Positions 1 through 10,913 of a stretch of 50,633 nt of DNA are shown piece after piece. Made by a program: the position numbers and the translations under genes. Source of the DNA: Solirubrobacterales bacterium. Its GTDB lineage: Bacteria > Actinomycetota > Thermoleophilia > Solirubrobacterales > 70-9. The notes beneath the pieces were generated by a model. It worked only from the letters and a program-made list of their open reading frames with translations, had not been told where the DNA came from and made no database searches. Positions within the stretch are counted from its first letter, which is position 1, and each line of letters opens with the position of its first letter. The stretch is taken from positions 1-50,633 of the forward strand of contig JACDGU010000001.1 in the NCBI GenBank assembly GCA_013821475.1, given 5' to 3'.

Positions 1-399
<399 letters not shown>

Positions 400-566
400 G
401 TTACTTCTTACAAAGAGTTGCCATGCCTGGCGGGCCACCGGGTACACAAACTCGGTGACCGGCATGACGGGTAATTCAGATCATCTCGGCACGCTGACGT
501 GACCGAGTGATTCGGGCTCAAACATTCCGCGGACCTGTTGATGGGTCCACGGAGTGCACGCTGCTC

Positions 567-580
567 AGTTTTCAAAGACC
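567..580 (-). promoter_or_regulatory. boxA-like antitermination element in the rRNA leader
   Basis: The minus strand reads GGTCTTTGAAAACT, close to the Bacillus-type rrn boxA core (GTTCTTTGAAAACT). It lies between the candidate promoter and the mature 16S 5' end. Confidence 0.45.
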
Positions 581-652
581 GCTGCGCCTCTACGACGGGT
601 TTCGTCGCTCTCAGACGCCGGGGCCCCACAAGGGAGCCCCAGAGGACCGGGG

Positions 653-681
653 AATATAGCGAGATCCGCGGGCTTTGTCCA
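653..681 (-). promoter_or_regulatory. candidate rrn promoter
   Basis: The minus strand reads TGGACA, then 17 nt, then TATATT (-35 at 676-681, -10 at 653-658). It sits about 260 nt upstream of the 16S 5' end and just downstream of the tyrS stop. Confidence 0.5.
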
Positions 682-732
682 GCCGGGGGTCGCTCTGCCG
701 GCCGGTTTGGCTCTGAGGGCCGTCGGGCGGGC

Positions 733-1896
733 TCAGGCAGCGCTGTCGAAGAGCGTGAGGAAGCGGCGCTTGCCGACCTGCAGCACCTTGCCGGCGAGCG
801 CCTCGCGCGGCAGCGCCAGGATATCGGGGCCGACGGTCTCGCCATCGAGCTTGACCCCGCCGCCCTTGATCAGCCGGCGCGCCTCGCTCGAGCTGAGCTC
901 GAAGCCGGAGCCGATCAGCTGCGGCAGCAGGATCGTGCCGGGTTCCTCGCCGGCCGCCGGGTCGATGTCCCAGGCGGGAATCTCGTCGGGGACGCCGCGA
1001 TCGACGAAGAGCCGGTTGAAGTGCTCCTCGGCCCCCGCCCCCGCCCCCTCGCCGTGGAAGCGGTCGACGATCCGCCGCCCCAGCTTGCGCTTGGCTTCGT
1101 TGGCCGGCCCGGCGGGCTGCTCGGATCCGAGCAGCAGCCGGTAGTACTGGGCCATCGCCTCGTCGGGGATGCTCATCAGCTTGCCGAACATCTCCTCCGG
1201 CGCGTCGGTGACGCCGACGTAGTTGCCGAGCGACTTGCTCATCTTCTGGACGCCATCCGTGCCGACCAGGATCGGCATCGTCAGGATCGACTGCGGCGTC
1301 TGCCCGTAGGCGACCTGGATGTCGCGGCCGAAGAGCAGGTTGAACTTCTGATCGGTCCCCCCGAGCTCGACGTCGGCCTCGACAGCGACCGAGTCGTAGC
1401 CCTGCAGCAGCGGGTAGAGCAGCTCCAGGGCCGCGACCGGGACGCCGGCGCCGAGCCGCTTCTGGAAGTCGTCGCGCTCGAGCAGGCGGGCGACCGTGGT
1501 CTGCGCCAGCAGGCCGAGCAAGGCATCGGGCTCCATCCGCAGCCACTCGCTGTTGCGGCGGACCTCGGTGCGCTCGCGGTCGAGCAGCTTGAAGGCCTGC
1601 TCCTGGTAGGTCGCCGCGTTCGCCTCGATCTCCTCGGCGGAGGGCAGGGGCCGGGTGCTGGAGCGGCCGCTGGGGTCGCCGACGCGAGCGGTGAAGTCGC
1701 CGATGATGAGGACGACCGTGTGGCCCTGGCGCTGGAACTCGCTGAGCTTCTCCAGGACGACGGTGTGGCCGAGGTGGATGTCGGCCGTGGTCGGGTCGAT
1801 CCCGAGCTTGATCCGCAGCGGGCGGTCGGCGGAGAGCTGCTCGGCGAGCCTGCCCTCGGGCAGCACGTCGACCGCGTTACGCGTCAAGTCCGGCAT
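733..1896 (-). CDS. tyrS: tyrosine--tRNA ligase
   Basis: 387 aa with a class I HIGH motif (HLGH), KMSKS, and a C-terminal S4-like domain. The family pattern is typical of TyrRS. Confidence 0.93.
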   Translation of the reverse strand: MPDLTRNAVDVLPEGRLAEQLSADRPLRIKLGIDPTTADIHLGHTVVLEKLSEFQRQGHTVVLIIGDFTARVGDPSGRSSTRPLPSAEEIEANAATYQEQAFKLLDRERTEVRRNSEWLRMEPDALLGLLAQTTVARLLERDDFQKRLGAGVPVAALELLYPLLQGYDSVAVEADVELGGTDQKFNLLFGRDIQVAYGQTPQSILTMPILVGTDGVQKMSKSLGNYVGVTDAPEEMFGKLMSIPDEAMAQYYRLLLGSEQPAGPANEAKRKLGRRIVDRFHGEGAGAGAEEHFNRLFVDRGVPDEIPAWDIDPAAGEEPGTILLPQLIGSGFELSSSEARRLIKGGGVKLDGETVGPDILALPREALAGKVLQVGKRRFLTLFDSAA

Positions 1897-1964
1897 CGGG
1901 CCAATGCTAGACTGCCGCCTGCGCTCGGAGGGCCTTCCGCCTTTCGAGCTTTTCCTTTTCCCTG

Positions 1965-4244
1965 ATGGCCGCCCTTGGACTAAAGCGCCGGCAGACGGAC
2001 GGCGGCGAAGCTCCGCCCGCGCCTCCGGCTCCCCCGAAGAACAGCAAGCCCCGGCTGAAGAAGCTGCGCGTGCTCTTCGTCCTGCTCGGGCTCGGCATCC
2101 TCTCGGTCGTCTCGATGATCTTCGGGATGATGGCCGCGGTCTCCCAGGACCTGCCGGCGATCTACAATTTCGCCCAGTACAGAGCCTCGAAAAACAGCGA
2201 GGTCTACGACTCCAACGGCGAACCGCTGGGGACGCTGACCAGCGACCAGAACAAAATCCTCCTCAACTCGGCGCAGATCTCGCCCAACATCAAGAACGCG
2301 GTGGTCTCGATCGAGGACTCGCGCTTCTACGAACACGACGGGGTCGACTTCAGGGGCATCGCCCGCGCCCTGGTCAACGACGTGCTCAGCCAGAGCGCCC
2401 AGCAGGGTGCCTCGACGATCACCGAGCAGTTCGTCAAGAACGCGCTCGAAGCCGAAGGCAGCCGCACGGTCCTGGAGAAGTTCCGTGAGGCCGCGCTCGC
2501 CTACAAACTCGAGAAACACTGGTCCAAGGACAAAATCCTGACCGAGTATCTGAACACGATCTACTTCGGCGAGGGCGCCTACGGGATCGAGGCGGCGGCG
2601 CGGACCTACTTCGGCGCCGCCCACCCCGGCTGCGGCACGCCGACCGAACCCTGCGCGACCGTGCTCGAGCCCTGGGAGGCGGCGACGCTGGCGGCGATCA
2701 TCGCCTCGCCCTCGGCCTTCGACCCCAAGGCCTATCCCGAAAACAGCCTCGGCCGGCGCAACCTCGTGCTCGAAAAAATGTACGAACAGGGCTACGTCTC
2801 GCACGAGCAGTACGAGGAAGGGATCCAGCACGCGCTGCCCTCGCCAAGCGACATCGAACCGCCCAAGTTCGAATCGAAGGCCCCCTACTTCGTCGCCTAC
2901 CTACGCCAGCAGCTGCTCGAACGCTACGGCGCCTCGAACGCCTTCTTCGGCGGCCTCAAAGTCAAGTCGACGCTCGACCTGCAGCTGCAGGAAAAGGCCG
3001 AAGAAGCGGTCAGCTCCTATCTCGGCTACCTGCCGGCGACCGCCTCGGTGGTCGTGATCGACGACCACAACGCCAGCATCAAGGCGATGGTCGGCGGCCC
3101 CAACTTCGACACCGCGCCCTTCAACCTGGCGACCCAGGGCCACCGCCAGCCCGGCTCCTCGATCAAGCCCTTCACTCTGCTGACGGCGCTGGAAGAGGGA
3201 ATCTCGCCGGAAACGGTCTACGAATCGGCCCCCCAGGAATTCCACTTCGGCAAACAGGACCAGGAAACCTTCGTCGTCCACAACGACGAGGACTCCTACC
3301 TCGGCTCCTGCTCGATCATCTGCGCGACGACCTACTCGGACAACTCGATCTACGCCCAGCTCGGCCTCGAAGGGCTCGAAGGCAAGACGATCGAGGACCG
3401 CACCCGCTCGATCGCCGGCACGATCCACAAGGCCGGCTACGACGACCCGATCTCGACCAACCCGGCGATGGTCCTCGGTGGGCTTAAGGAAGGGGTGACG
3501 CCGCTCGGCTGGGCCTACGCCTACAGCACGATCGGCAACAACGGCGACCGCGTCAGCGGCACCCTCGCCCCGCGGCCCGGCGACAGCCCGGTCGCCTTCA
3601 CCGAAGTCACCGACAAGGACGGCCACGTGATCAAGGGCGGCGACAACGACTCCACCCACGAACAGGTCTTCCAGCAGGGCACCGCCGAAGAGGCGAAGAG
3701 CATCCTCGAAACGGTCATCTCCGGCGGTACCGGCGTCTCGGCGCAGACCGGCGCCGAAGGCGAGTGGGGCAAGACCGGCACCACCTCGAACGAGGCCGAC
3801 GCCTGGTTCTGCGGCGGCATCGCCGAAGAAGTGACCGCCTGCGTCTGGGTCGGCTACCCGAACTCGACCACGCCGATGACGACCCTGTTCAACGGCGGAC
3901 CGGTCATGGGCGGCACCTTCCCGGCGCTGATCTGGGCCAGCGTGATGAACGCCTGGGAAGAAATCAAAGCCAATCACGAAGCCGAAAAGAAGGACGGCGA
4001 ACACCACGAACTGAGCGGCAGCGGCGCCGGCGTGGAAGGCGAATACGTCCCCACCGAACCGAGCGAAGAAGAAGTCGCGCCCGAAGGCGAAGGCGGCACC
4101 GAAGCGGCGCCGGAAGGCGAAGAAATCGCCCCCGAAGGCGCGCCGGCCGAAGGCGCGCCGGCCGAAGAAGTCGCTCCCGAAGCCACCCCGGAAGCGCCGG
4201 CGGAACCCGGCGCCGGCGGCGGTGGCGGCGTCACCGCGGGCTGA
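1965..4244 (+). CDS. ponA: class A penicillin-binding protein (bifunctional transglycosylase/transpeptidase) with an acidic Pro/Glu/Ala-rich C-terminal tail
   Basis: 759 aa with an N-terminal TM anchor and GT51 motifs (EDSRFYEHDGVD, GASTITEQFVKN). A transpeptidase SxxK-type region (GSSIKPF) follows, and the last ~90 aa are low complexity. Confidence 0.9.
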   Translation: MAALGLKRRQTDGGEAPPAPPAPPKNSKPRLKKLRVLFVLLGLGILSVVSMIFGMMAAVSQDLPAIYNFAQYRASKNSEVYDSNGEPLGTLTSDQNKILLNSAQISPNIKNAVVSIEDSRFYEHDGVDFRGIARALVNDVLSQSAQQGASTITEQFVKNALEAEGSRTVLEKFREAALAYKLEKHWSKDKILTEYLNTIYFGEGAYGIEAAARTYFGAAHPGCGTPTEPCATVLEPWEAATLAAIIASPSAFDPKAYPENSLGRRNLVLEKMYEQGYVSHEQYEEGIQHALPSPSDIEPPKFESKAPYFVAYLRQQLLERYGASNAFFGGLKVKSTLDLQLQEKAEEAVSSYLGYLPATASVVVIDDHNASIKAMVGGPNFDTAPFNLATQGHRQPGSSIKPFTLLTALEEGISPETVYESAPQEFHFGKQDQETFVVHNDEDSYLGSCSIICATTYSDNSIYAQLGLEGLEGKTIEDRTRSIAGTIHKAGYDDPISTNPAMVLGGLKEGVTPLGWAYAYSTIGNNGDRVSGTLAPRPGDSPVAFTEVTDKDGHVIKGGDNDSTHEQVFQQGTAEEAKSILETVISGGTGVSAQTGAEGEWGKTGTTSNEADAWFCGGIAEEVTACVWVGYPNSTTPMTTLFNGGPVMGGTFPALIWASVMNAWEEIKANHEAEKKDGEHHELSGSGAGVEGEYVPTEPSEEEVAPEGEGGTEAAPEGEEIAPEGAPAEGAPAEEVAPEATPEAPAEPGAGGGGGVTAG

Positions 4245-4268
4245 GGAAGCGCTGTCCCGAGCGCGCAG

Positions 4269-4859
4269 CTAGGGCCGCGGACGCGATACGAAGCGGCTGC
4301 CGGCGGCGCAGAAGCGCCAGGGGCGCTCGACCGCTTTGGTGATCCCGATCCGCGGGCCGACGAGCACCGCGGGCGGTTCGCCCTCCGGCGGCAGCAAGAG
4401 AAAGGGATCGCGGGCGAGGTCGGCCCCATTCAGCGCCAGGCCGATTCCGAGCGCCTCGGTCAGCTTGCCCGGGCCCGAGCAGAGTTCGGCGTCGGGACGG
4501 GGGCCGCGGCGGGCGCGCATCTGCTCGAGGCCTGCGGTCGGCTCGAGGGCGCGGATCAGGACCGCCGCCGCGTCGCCCTCCGCCTCGCAGACGGCGTTGA
4601 GCAGGCTGTGGATCCCGTAGGAGAGATAGACGTAGGCGTAGCCCGGCGGACCGAAGAGACCGCGGGTGCGCTCGGTCAGGCCGACGTAGGCGTGGCAGGC
4701 GGGGTCATCGCGCTCGTAGCTCTCGGTCTCGACGATGACGCCGCCGCAGCCTTCGAAGAGGAGCCGGCAGCCGATCAACTCGCGGGCGACCGCGTGGACC
4801 GAGCGGTCGAAGAAGCCGTGCTCGAGCCGTTGCCCGCCAGCCTGTCCGGCGAGCTTCAG
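4269..4859 (-). CDS. mpg: DNA-3-methyladenine glycosylase (Mpg/AAG family)
   Basis: The C-terminal ~196 aa of the 4269..6284 frame match the Mpg pattern (FFDR..VARELIG, VIVETESYE..DPACHAY, GYAYVYLSYGIH). There is no ATG/GTG/TTG near the expected start. The only candidate is a CTG at 4859..4857 overlapping the argH TGA, so the start is uncertain. Confidence 0.8.
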   Translation of the reverse strand: MKLAGQAGGQRLEHGFFDRSVHAVARELIGCRLLFEGCGGVIVETESYERDDPACHAYVGLTERTRGLFGPPGYAYVYLSYGIHSLLNAVCEAEGDAAAVLIRALEPTAGLEQMRARRGPRPDAELCSGPGKLTEALGIGLALNGADLARDPFLLLPPEGEPPAVLVGPRIGITKAVERPWRFCAAGSRFVSRPRP

Positions 4860-6250
4860 GAGCGCCGCTCGCCGACCCGTGCCCGCACCGCCGCCAGCGT
4901 CTCGCGGGCGCTCTCGAGCTGGGCGGCGAGCGGCGCTGAACCGGTGCCGCCGGCGATCCGCTTCGACTCCAGCCAGCTGCTGCGCTGCAGAACCTCGTAG
5001 TAGGAGGCGTCGAGGTGCTCGGAGCGGCGCTGAACCTCCTCGAGGGTCAGCTCCGACAGCGCCTTGCCCCCGTCGACCGCGTCGCGGACCAGGTCGCCGA
5101 CGATCCCGTGTGCCTCGCGGAAGGGCACACCGCCGCGGACCAGGAGGTCGGCGACCTCGGTCGCCGCCAGCATCTCGTCGCCTGAGGCAGCGGCCATCCG
5201 CGCGCGGTCGAAGCGGATCCCCGCCAGCATCCCGGCGCAGGCGTCGAGGCAGGCCTCGATCGTGTCGATCGCGTCGAACAGCGGCTCCTTGTCCTCCTGC
5301 ATGTCCTTGCCGTAGGTCAGCGGCAGCGCGTGCATGACGCCGAGCAGGGTCGCGTAGGAGGCGGTGACGCGGGGGCTCTTGGCGCGCAGCAGCTCGGCCG
5401 AGTCGGGGTTCAGCTTCTGGGGCATGATCGAGGAGCCCGAGGAGAACGACTCGTCGAGCTGGCAGAAGCCGAACTCGGTCGAGCTCCAGATCACGATTTC
5501 CGAGCCGAAGCGCGAGAGGTGCATCGCGCAGGTCGAGGCAGCGGCCAGGTAGTCGAGGAGGAAGTCGCGGTTGGAGGCGCCGTCGATCGAGTTGTGGGTG
5601 ACGTGCTCGAAGCCGAGATCGGCGGCTACCGAGTCGCGGTCGATCTCCCAGTTGACGCCGGCCAGGGCGCCGGAGCCGAGCGGCATCACGCCGGCGCTGT
5701 CGAGCGCGAACTGGAAGCGGAGGACGTCGCGGGCGAGCATCCAGAAGTAGGCGAGCAAGTGGTGGCCGAGGTACACCGGCTGCGCGCGCTGGAGATGCGT
5801 GTAGCCGGGCATCGGCCAGTCGCTGTGGCTCTCGGCCAGCGCCAGCAGCTGCGCCATCGTCTCGCCGCAGAGCTCGATCCCGCGCAGCGAGTGAGCCTGG
5901 ACGACCATCGCCACGTCGGTCGCAACCTGATCGTTGCGCGAGCGGCCGGTGTGAAGCTTGCCCGCGAGGGCGCCGATCTCGTCGCCGAGCAGGCGCTCGA
6001 TCGCCATGTGGATGTCCTCGTCGGCGTCCTCGAACTGGAAGCCGTGGGCGGCCATGCGGGCGCGGACCCGCTCCAGACCGGCGTCGATCTCGGCCAGCTC
6101 GGCGGCGTCGAGGACGCCGATCTCCATCAGCCCGCGGGCATGCGCCTGCGACTGGTCGATGTCGTACGCGGCCAGCTGCCAGTCGAACGGCAGCGAGCGG
6201 TTGATCCGCCAGAAGCGCGGGTCGGGGTCTTTGCGGAAGCGGCCGCTCAT
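4856..6250 (-). CDS. argH: argininosuccinate lyase
   Basis: 464 aa of the fumarase/aspartase superfamily with the [10 protein letters not shown] signature and an ArgH-type N-terminus. Its ATG overlaps the upstream gene's TGA (ATGA). Confidence 0.93.
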   Translation of the reverse strand: MSGRFRKDPDPRFWRINRSLPFDWQLAAYDIDQSQAHARGLMEIGVLDAAELAEIDAGLERVRARMAAHGFQFEDADEDIHMAIERLLGDEIGALAGKLHTGRSRNDQVATDVAMVVQAHSLRGIELCGETMAQLLALAESHSDWPMPGYTHLQRAQPVYLGHHLLAYFWMLARDVLRFQFALDSAGVMPLGSGALAGVNWEIDRDSVAADLGFEHVTHNSIDGASNRDFLLDYLAAASTCAMHLSRFGSEIVIWSSTEFGFCQLDESFSSGSSIMPQKLNPDSAELLRAKSPRVTASYATLLGVMHALPLTYGKDMQEDKEPLFDAIDTIEACLDACAGMLAGIRFDRARMAAASGDEMLAATEVADLLVRGGVPFREAHGIVGDLVRDAVDGGKALSELTLEEVQRRSEHLDASYYEVLQRSSWLESKRIAGGTGSAPLAAQLESARETLAAVRARVGERRS

Positions 6251-7370
6251 GGGCCCGATCGTATTGCCGCGGCGAGCTCCTCACAGACCCGCCCCACCTG
6301 GCTTTCGCTCATCGCCGGGAAGAAGGGCAGGGCCAGGGAGTCGGCCGAGGCGGCTTCGGCGACCGGGAACTGCCCCTCGCGGTAGCCGAGCTCGCGCAGG
6401 TGCGGGAAGAGGTGGATGCAGGGTAGGTAGGCCTTGCTGGCGATGCCGCGCTCGGCGAGGCGGGCGATCGTCGCGTCGCGGTCGATACCGGCGTCGAGCC
6501 GAACCGTGTAGACGAACCAGCTGCGCCGCTCGGAGCCGCGGGCGGCGATCGGCGCCCGCACCCCCTCGACCTCGGCCAGGCCCTGCGCGTAGAGCTCGGC
6601 GACCCCGGAGCGGCGCCGCAGCAGCGAGTCGAGCTTCTCGACCTGGGCGACGCCGAGCGCGGCGGCGAGGTCGGAGAGGCGGTAGTTGAAGCCGAGCCCC
6701 TCGTGCTCGAGCCAGCCCATGTCGGCGGCGCGCCCCTGGTTGCGGGCGCTGCGCAGGCCGGCGGCGGACTCCGGGCCGGTGGGGACGATCATCCCTCCCT
6801 CCCCCGTCGTCATCTGCTTGTTGGCGTAGAAGGCGAAGGTCGCGAGATTGCCGCGGGAGCCGACGGCGCGACCCTCGGAGTCGACTGCGCCGAGCGCCTC
6901 GCAGGCGTCCTCGAGGATCCCGAGCCCGTTGGCTGCGGCGAGCGCCTCGAGCTCGGGCATCGCCGCCGGGAAGCCGAAGATGTGGATCGGCAGGATCCCC
7001 CTGGTCCGCTCGCCGACGACGGCGGCGGCCGCACTGGAATCGAGGTTGAGGGTCTCCGGATCGACGTCGCAGAAGACCGGCCGTACCCCCTCGTAGAGCA
7101 GGCAGTTGGCCGAGGCGACGAAGCTGAAGGGGCTGGTCAGAACCTCGTCGCCGGGCCCCCAGCCGAGCGCCCGGACCCCGAGGTGCAGCGCCGTGGTGCC
7201 GCTGGAGACGGCGACGGCGTCCTGCGCCCCGAGCCAGGCGGCGAGCTCCCGCTCGAAGCGCTGGCCCATCGGCCCGAGCGAGAGCCGGCCGGAGCGCAGC
7301 ACCTCGAGCACCAGCTCCTCCTCGCGGGCGCCGATCTCGGGCTGGGCGAGCTGAATCGGCCCGGCGTCGC

Positions 7371-7374
<4 letters not shown>
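6247..7374 (-). CDS. DegT/DnrJ/EryC1/StrS family PLP-dependent aminotransferase
   Basis: Family pattern is present (SGTTALHL, FVASANC, FYANKQMTTGEGGMIV). I place the start at GTG 7374, which overlaps the cimA TGA (GTGA), rather than at the upstream ATG at 7455 that would overlap cimA by 85 nt. Confidence 0.85.
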
Positions 7375-8924
<1,550 letters not shown>

Positions 8925-8948
8925 CTGCTGCCTTTCGAGTCTGATGAT

Positions 8949-9013
8949 CGGGTAGGTCTCTCGCAGAGACCGAGCGCGCGGGTGATCTACCCGCGCCAGC
9001 CGCTAGGCGGCTG
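8949..9013 (-). promoter_or_regulatory. cluster of three adjacent GC-rich hairpins with an alternative pairing in the ilvE-cimA spacer (possible terminator or attenuator)
   Basis: H1 is 8955-8971 (GGTCTCT-CGC-AGAGACC). H2 is 8976-8996 (GCGCGGGT-GATCT-ACCCGCGC). H3 is 8997-9013 (CAGCCGC-TAG-GCGGCTG). The pairing 8949-8954 CGGGTA with 8988-8993 TACCCG excludes H2. Confidence 0.3.
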
Positions 9014-9049
9014 CGGTAATTCGCCCGATTGCCTCGTAAAGACGCTGCA

Positions 9050-10003
9050 TCAGTTACTGACCTTATCCGTCGCGTCAACCGCGGCCGGCGCCTCGACGAA
9101 GTCGAGCCACTCGTGGTACTCCTCGGCGCGCCCGTAGAGGGCGTCTTCGAACTTGGCCTGGACGTGGGTGGTGATCTCGCCGGGGCGGCCCTCGCCGATC
9201 GCGTGGTCGTCGATCTCGCGGACTGGGACCAGCTCGGCGGCGGTGCCGGTGAGGAAGACCTCCTCGGCCAGATAGAGCTCGGCGCGGGCGATGTCGCGCT
9301 CGACCACGGTGTAGCCGAGGTCGCGGGCGATCTGGATCACCGATTTGCGGTTGATCCCGTCGAGGATCGAGGCGACGTGCGGTGGGGTGACGATCTCGCC
9401 GTCGCGGACGAGAAAGATGTTCTCGCCCGAGCCCTCGCAGACGAAGCCGCGTTCGTCGAGCAGGATCGCCTCGTCGTAGCCGGCGTTGTGCGACTCGGTC
9501 TTGGCGAGGATCGAGTTGAGGTAGGAGCCCGAGGCCTTGGCGTGCGGGATCGAGCCGCCGGGGCTGATCCGCCGCCAGCTCGAGACCTTGGCGCGGATGC
9601 CGACGCCCTTGCTCTCCTCGCCGAGGTAGACGCCCCAGGGCCAGGCGGCGATGACGACGTCGATGCTGGTTTTGGCGTAGAGGCCGAGCTCGCCGTAGCC
9701 GCGGAAGGCGATCGGCCGGATGTAGGCCGAGTTGAGGCCGTTGCGGTTCAGCAGCTCATGGGTTGCAAGGCGAATCTCCTCGGCCGAGAACGGCAGCTCC
9801 AAGTAGTAGAGCTCGGCCGACTTCTCGAGCCTGGCGAGGTGATCCGCGTGGCGGAAGACGGCCGGGCCGCGCTCGGTCTCGTAGCAGCGGATGCCCTCGA
9901 AAACGCCGGTTCCGTAGTGCAATCCGTGCGTGAGGACGTGGACCTGCGCGTCCTCCCAGCGAACGAACTCACCGTTCTTCCAAATCAAATCCTGCCGTTC
10001 CAT
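9050..10003 (-). CDS. ilvE: branched-chain amino acid aminotransferase
   Basis: 317 aa PLP fold type IV enzyme. The N-terminus WKNGEFV..A.VHVLTHGLHYGTGVFEGIR is typical of IlvE. Confidence 0.92.
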   Translation of the reverse strand: MERQDLIWKNGEFVRWEDAQVHVLTHGLHYGTGVFEGIRCYETERGPAVFRHADHLARLEKSAELYYLELPFSAEEIRLATHELLNRNGLNSAYIRPIAFRGYGELGLYAKTSIDVVIAAWPWGVYLGEESKGVGIRAKVSSWRRISPGGSIPHAKASGSYLNSILAKTESHNAGYDEAILLDERGFVCEGSGENIFLVRDGEIVTPPHVASILDGINRKSVIQIARDLGYTVVERDIARAELYLAEEVFLTGTAAELVPVREIDDHAIGEGRPGEITTHVQAKFEDALYGRAEEYHEWLDFVEAPAAVDATDKVSN

Positions 10004-10089
10004 GTTGGGGAAGTATGCCCGATCAAACGAAGGTGTCTACCTTCGCGGCCTCGAATCACGCCTGAAACCAAGCAAAGGAGCAGGAACCG

Positions 10090-10905
10090 ATGAGAAAACG
10101 TCTTCTTCCGAAGCTGAGCTACTCGAACGTGATCGCCTCGATCGCGCTATTCGTCGCGCTGGGGGGCGCCGCGGTCGCCGCCGGGCTGCCGAAGCACAGC
10201 GTCGGCCCCAACCAGCTGAAGCGCGGCGCGGTGACCGCTGCGGCGATCCGCAAGCGGGCCGTGACCAGCGGCAAGCTGGCGCCCAAGGCCGTCACCGCCG
10301 ACAAGATCGGCCCCAACGCCGTGCTTCCGGGCAACATCGGCAACGGCGCGATCACCAGTGCCAAGATCGGCGGCGGGGCGGTCATCGCCAGCTCGATCAA
10401 GAACGGCGTCATCACCAATCCCAAGCTGGGCAGCGCCGCCGTCAACACCTCGAAACTGGCCGCCAACGCGGTGACCACGCCGATCCTCGCCAACGGCTCG
10501 GTGACGCTGGCGAAACTCAGTCCCGAAGTGACGCCACTGGTCGGCACCCTTAAACCGGGACAGACGCTGCGCGGAGTCTTCGACGTCGGCGGCACCGGGG
10601 GCGTTGCAGCGGACACCTCGCACGGCGGGGTCAGCTATCAGTTCCCGCTGAGCGGTACCGCGCCGACGGCCACGGTTCTGAAAAAAGGCCAGACCACGGC
10701 GAACTGCCCGGGCATCGGCACCGGCTCGGCGCCCAGCGCGACCGCGGGCAACCTCTGCGTCTACCTGACCGAAGAAGTCAATCTCGACGGAACCGCGCCG
10801 CTGGCCGCGGAGAACAACACCCGCCTGGGCTTCGGCCTAATCGCGAAGGCGAAAGCCGGCGGCGACTACACCGCCTTCGGCCAGTGGGCGCTGACGGCCC
10901 CTTAG
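10090..10905 (+). CDS. membrane-anchored or secreted protein with 11 tandem decapeptide repeats (x-A-V-T-x-x-K-I/L-x-x); function unknown
   Basis: 271 aa with an N-terminal hydrophobic anchor (IASIALFVALGGAAVAA). Residues 36-145 (nt 10195-10524) show strict 10-residue periodicity. The C-terminal ~120 aa form a Gly/Thr-rich domain with two Cys. Confidence 0.7.
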   Translation: MRKRLLPKLSYSNVIASIALFVALGGAAVAAGLPKHSVGPNQLKRGAVTAAAIRKRAVTSGKLAPKAVTADKIGPNAVLPGNIGNGAITSAKIGGGAVIASSIKNGVITNPKLGSAAVNTSKLAANAVTTPILANGSVTLAKLSPEVTPLVGTLKPGQTLRGVFDVGGTGGVAADTSHGGVSYQFPLSGTAPTATVLKKGQTTANCPGIGTGSAPSATAGNLCVYLTEEVNLDGTAPLAAENNTRLGFGLIAKAKAGGDYTAFGQWALTAP

Positions 10906-10913
10906 CCCGGCGC

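Noticed and set aside
1897-1964. Possible T-box riboswitch upstream of tyrS
   Set aside because: The divergent spacer is only 68 nt, far too short for a T-box leader, and no specifier-loop or T-box sequence is visible.
538-1965. 475-aa ORF on the plus strand across the rRNA leader and tyrS
   Set aside because: It is antisense to a well-supported tyrS gene. Its Arg/Ala/Gly/Leu-dominated composition is typical of shadow frames in high-GC DNA, and it has no recognisable domain.
4860-6284. N-terminal ~475 codons of the 671-aa ORF 4269..6284
   Set aside because: It is an off-frame overlap with argH and extremely Arg/Pro/Ala-rich. Only the last ~196 codons match a protein family (Mpg).
9003-9050. 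15-codon ORF MQRLYEAIGRITAAA as an isoleucine/leucine leader peptide for cimA
   Set aside because: It has no run of regulatory codons, GC3 is low for this genome, and there is no SD. It is mentioned only as context for the hairpin cluster.
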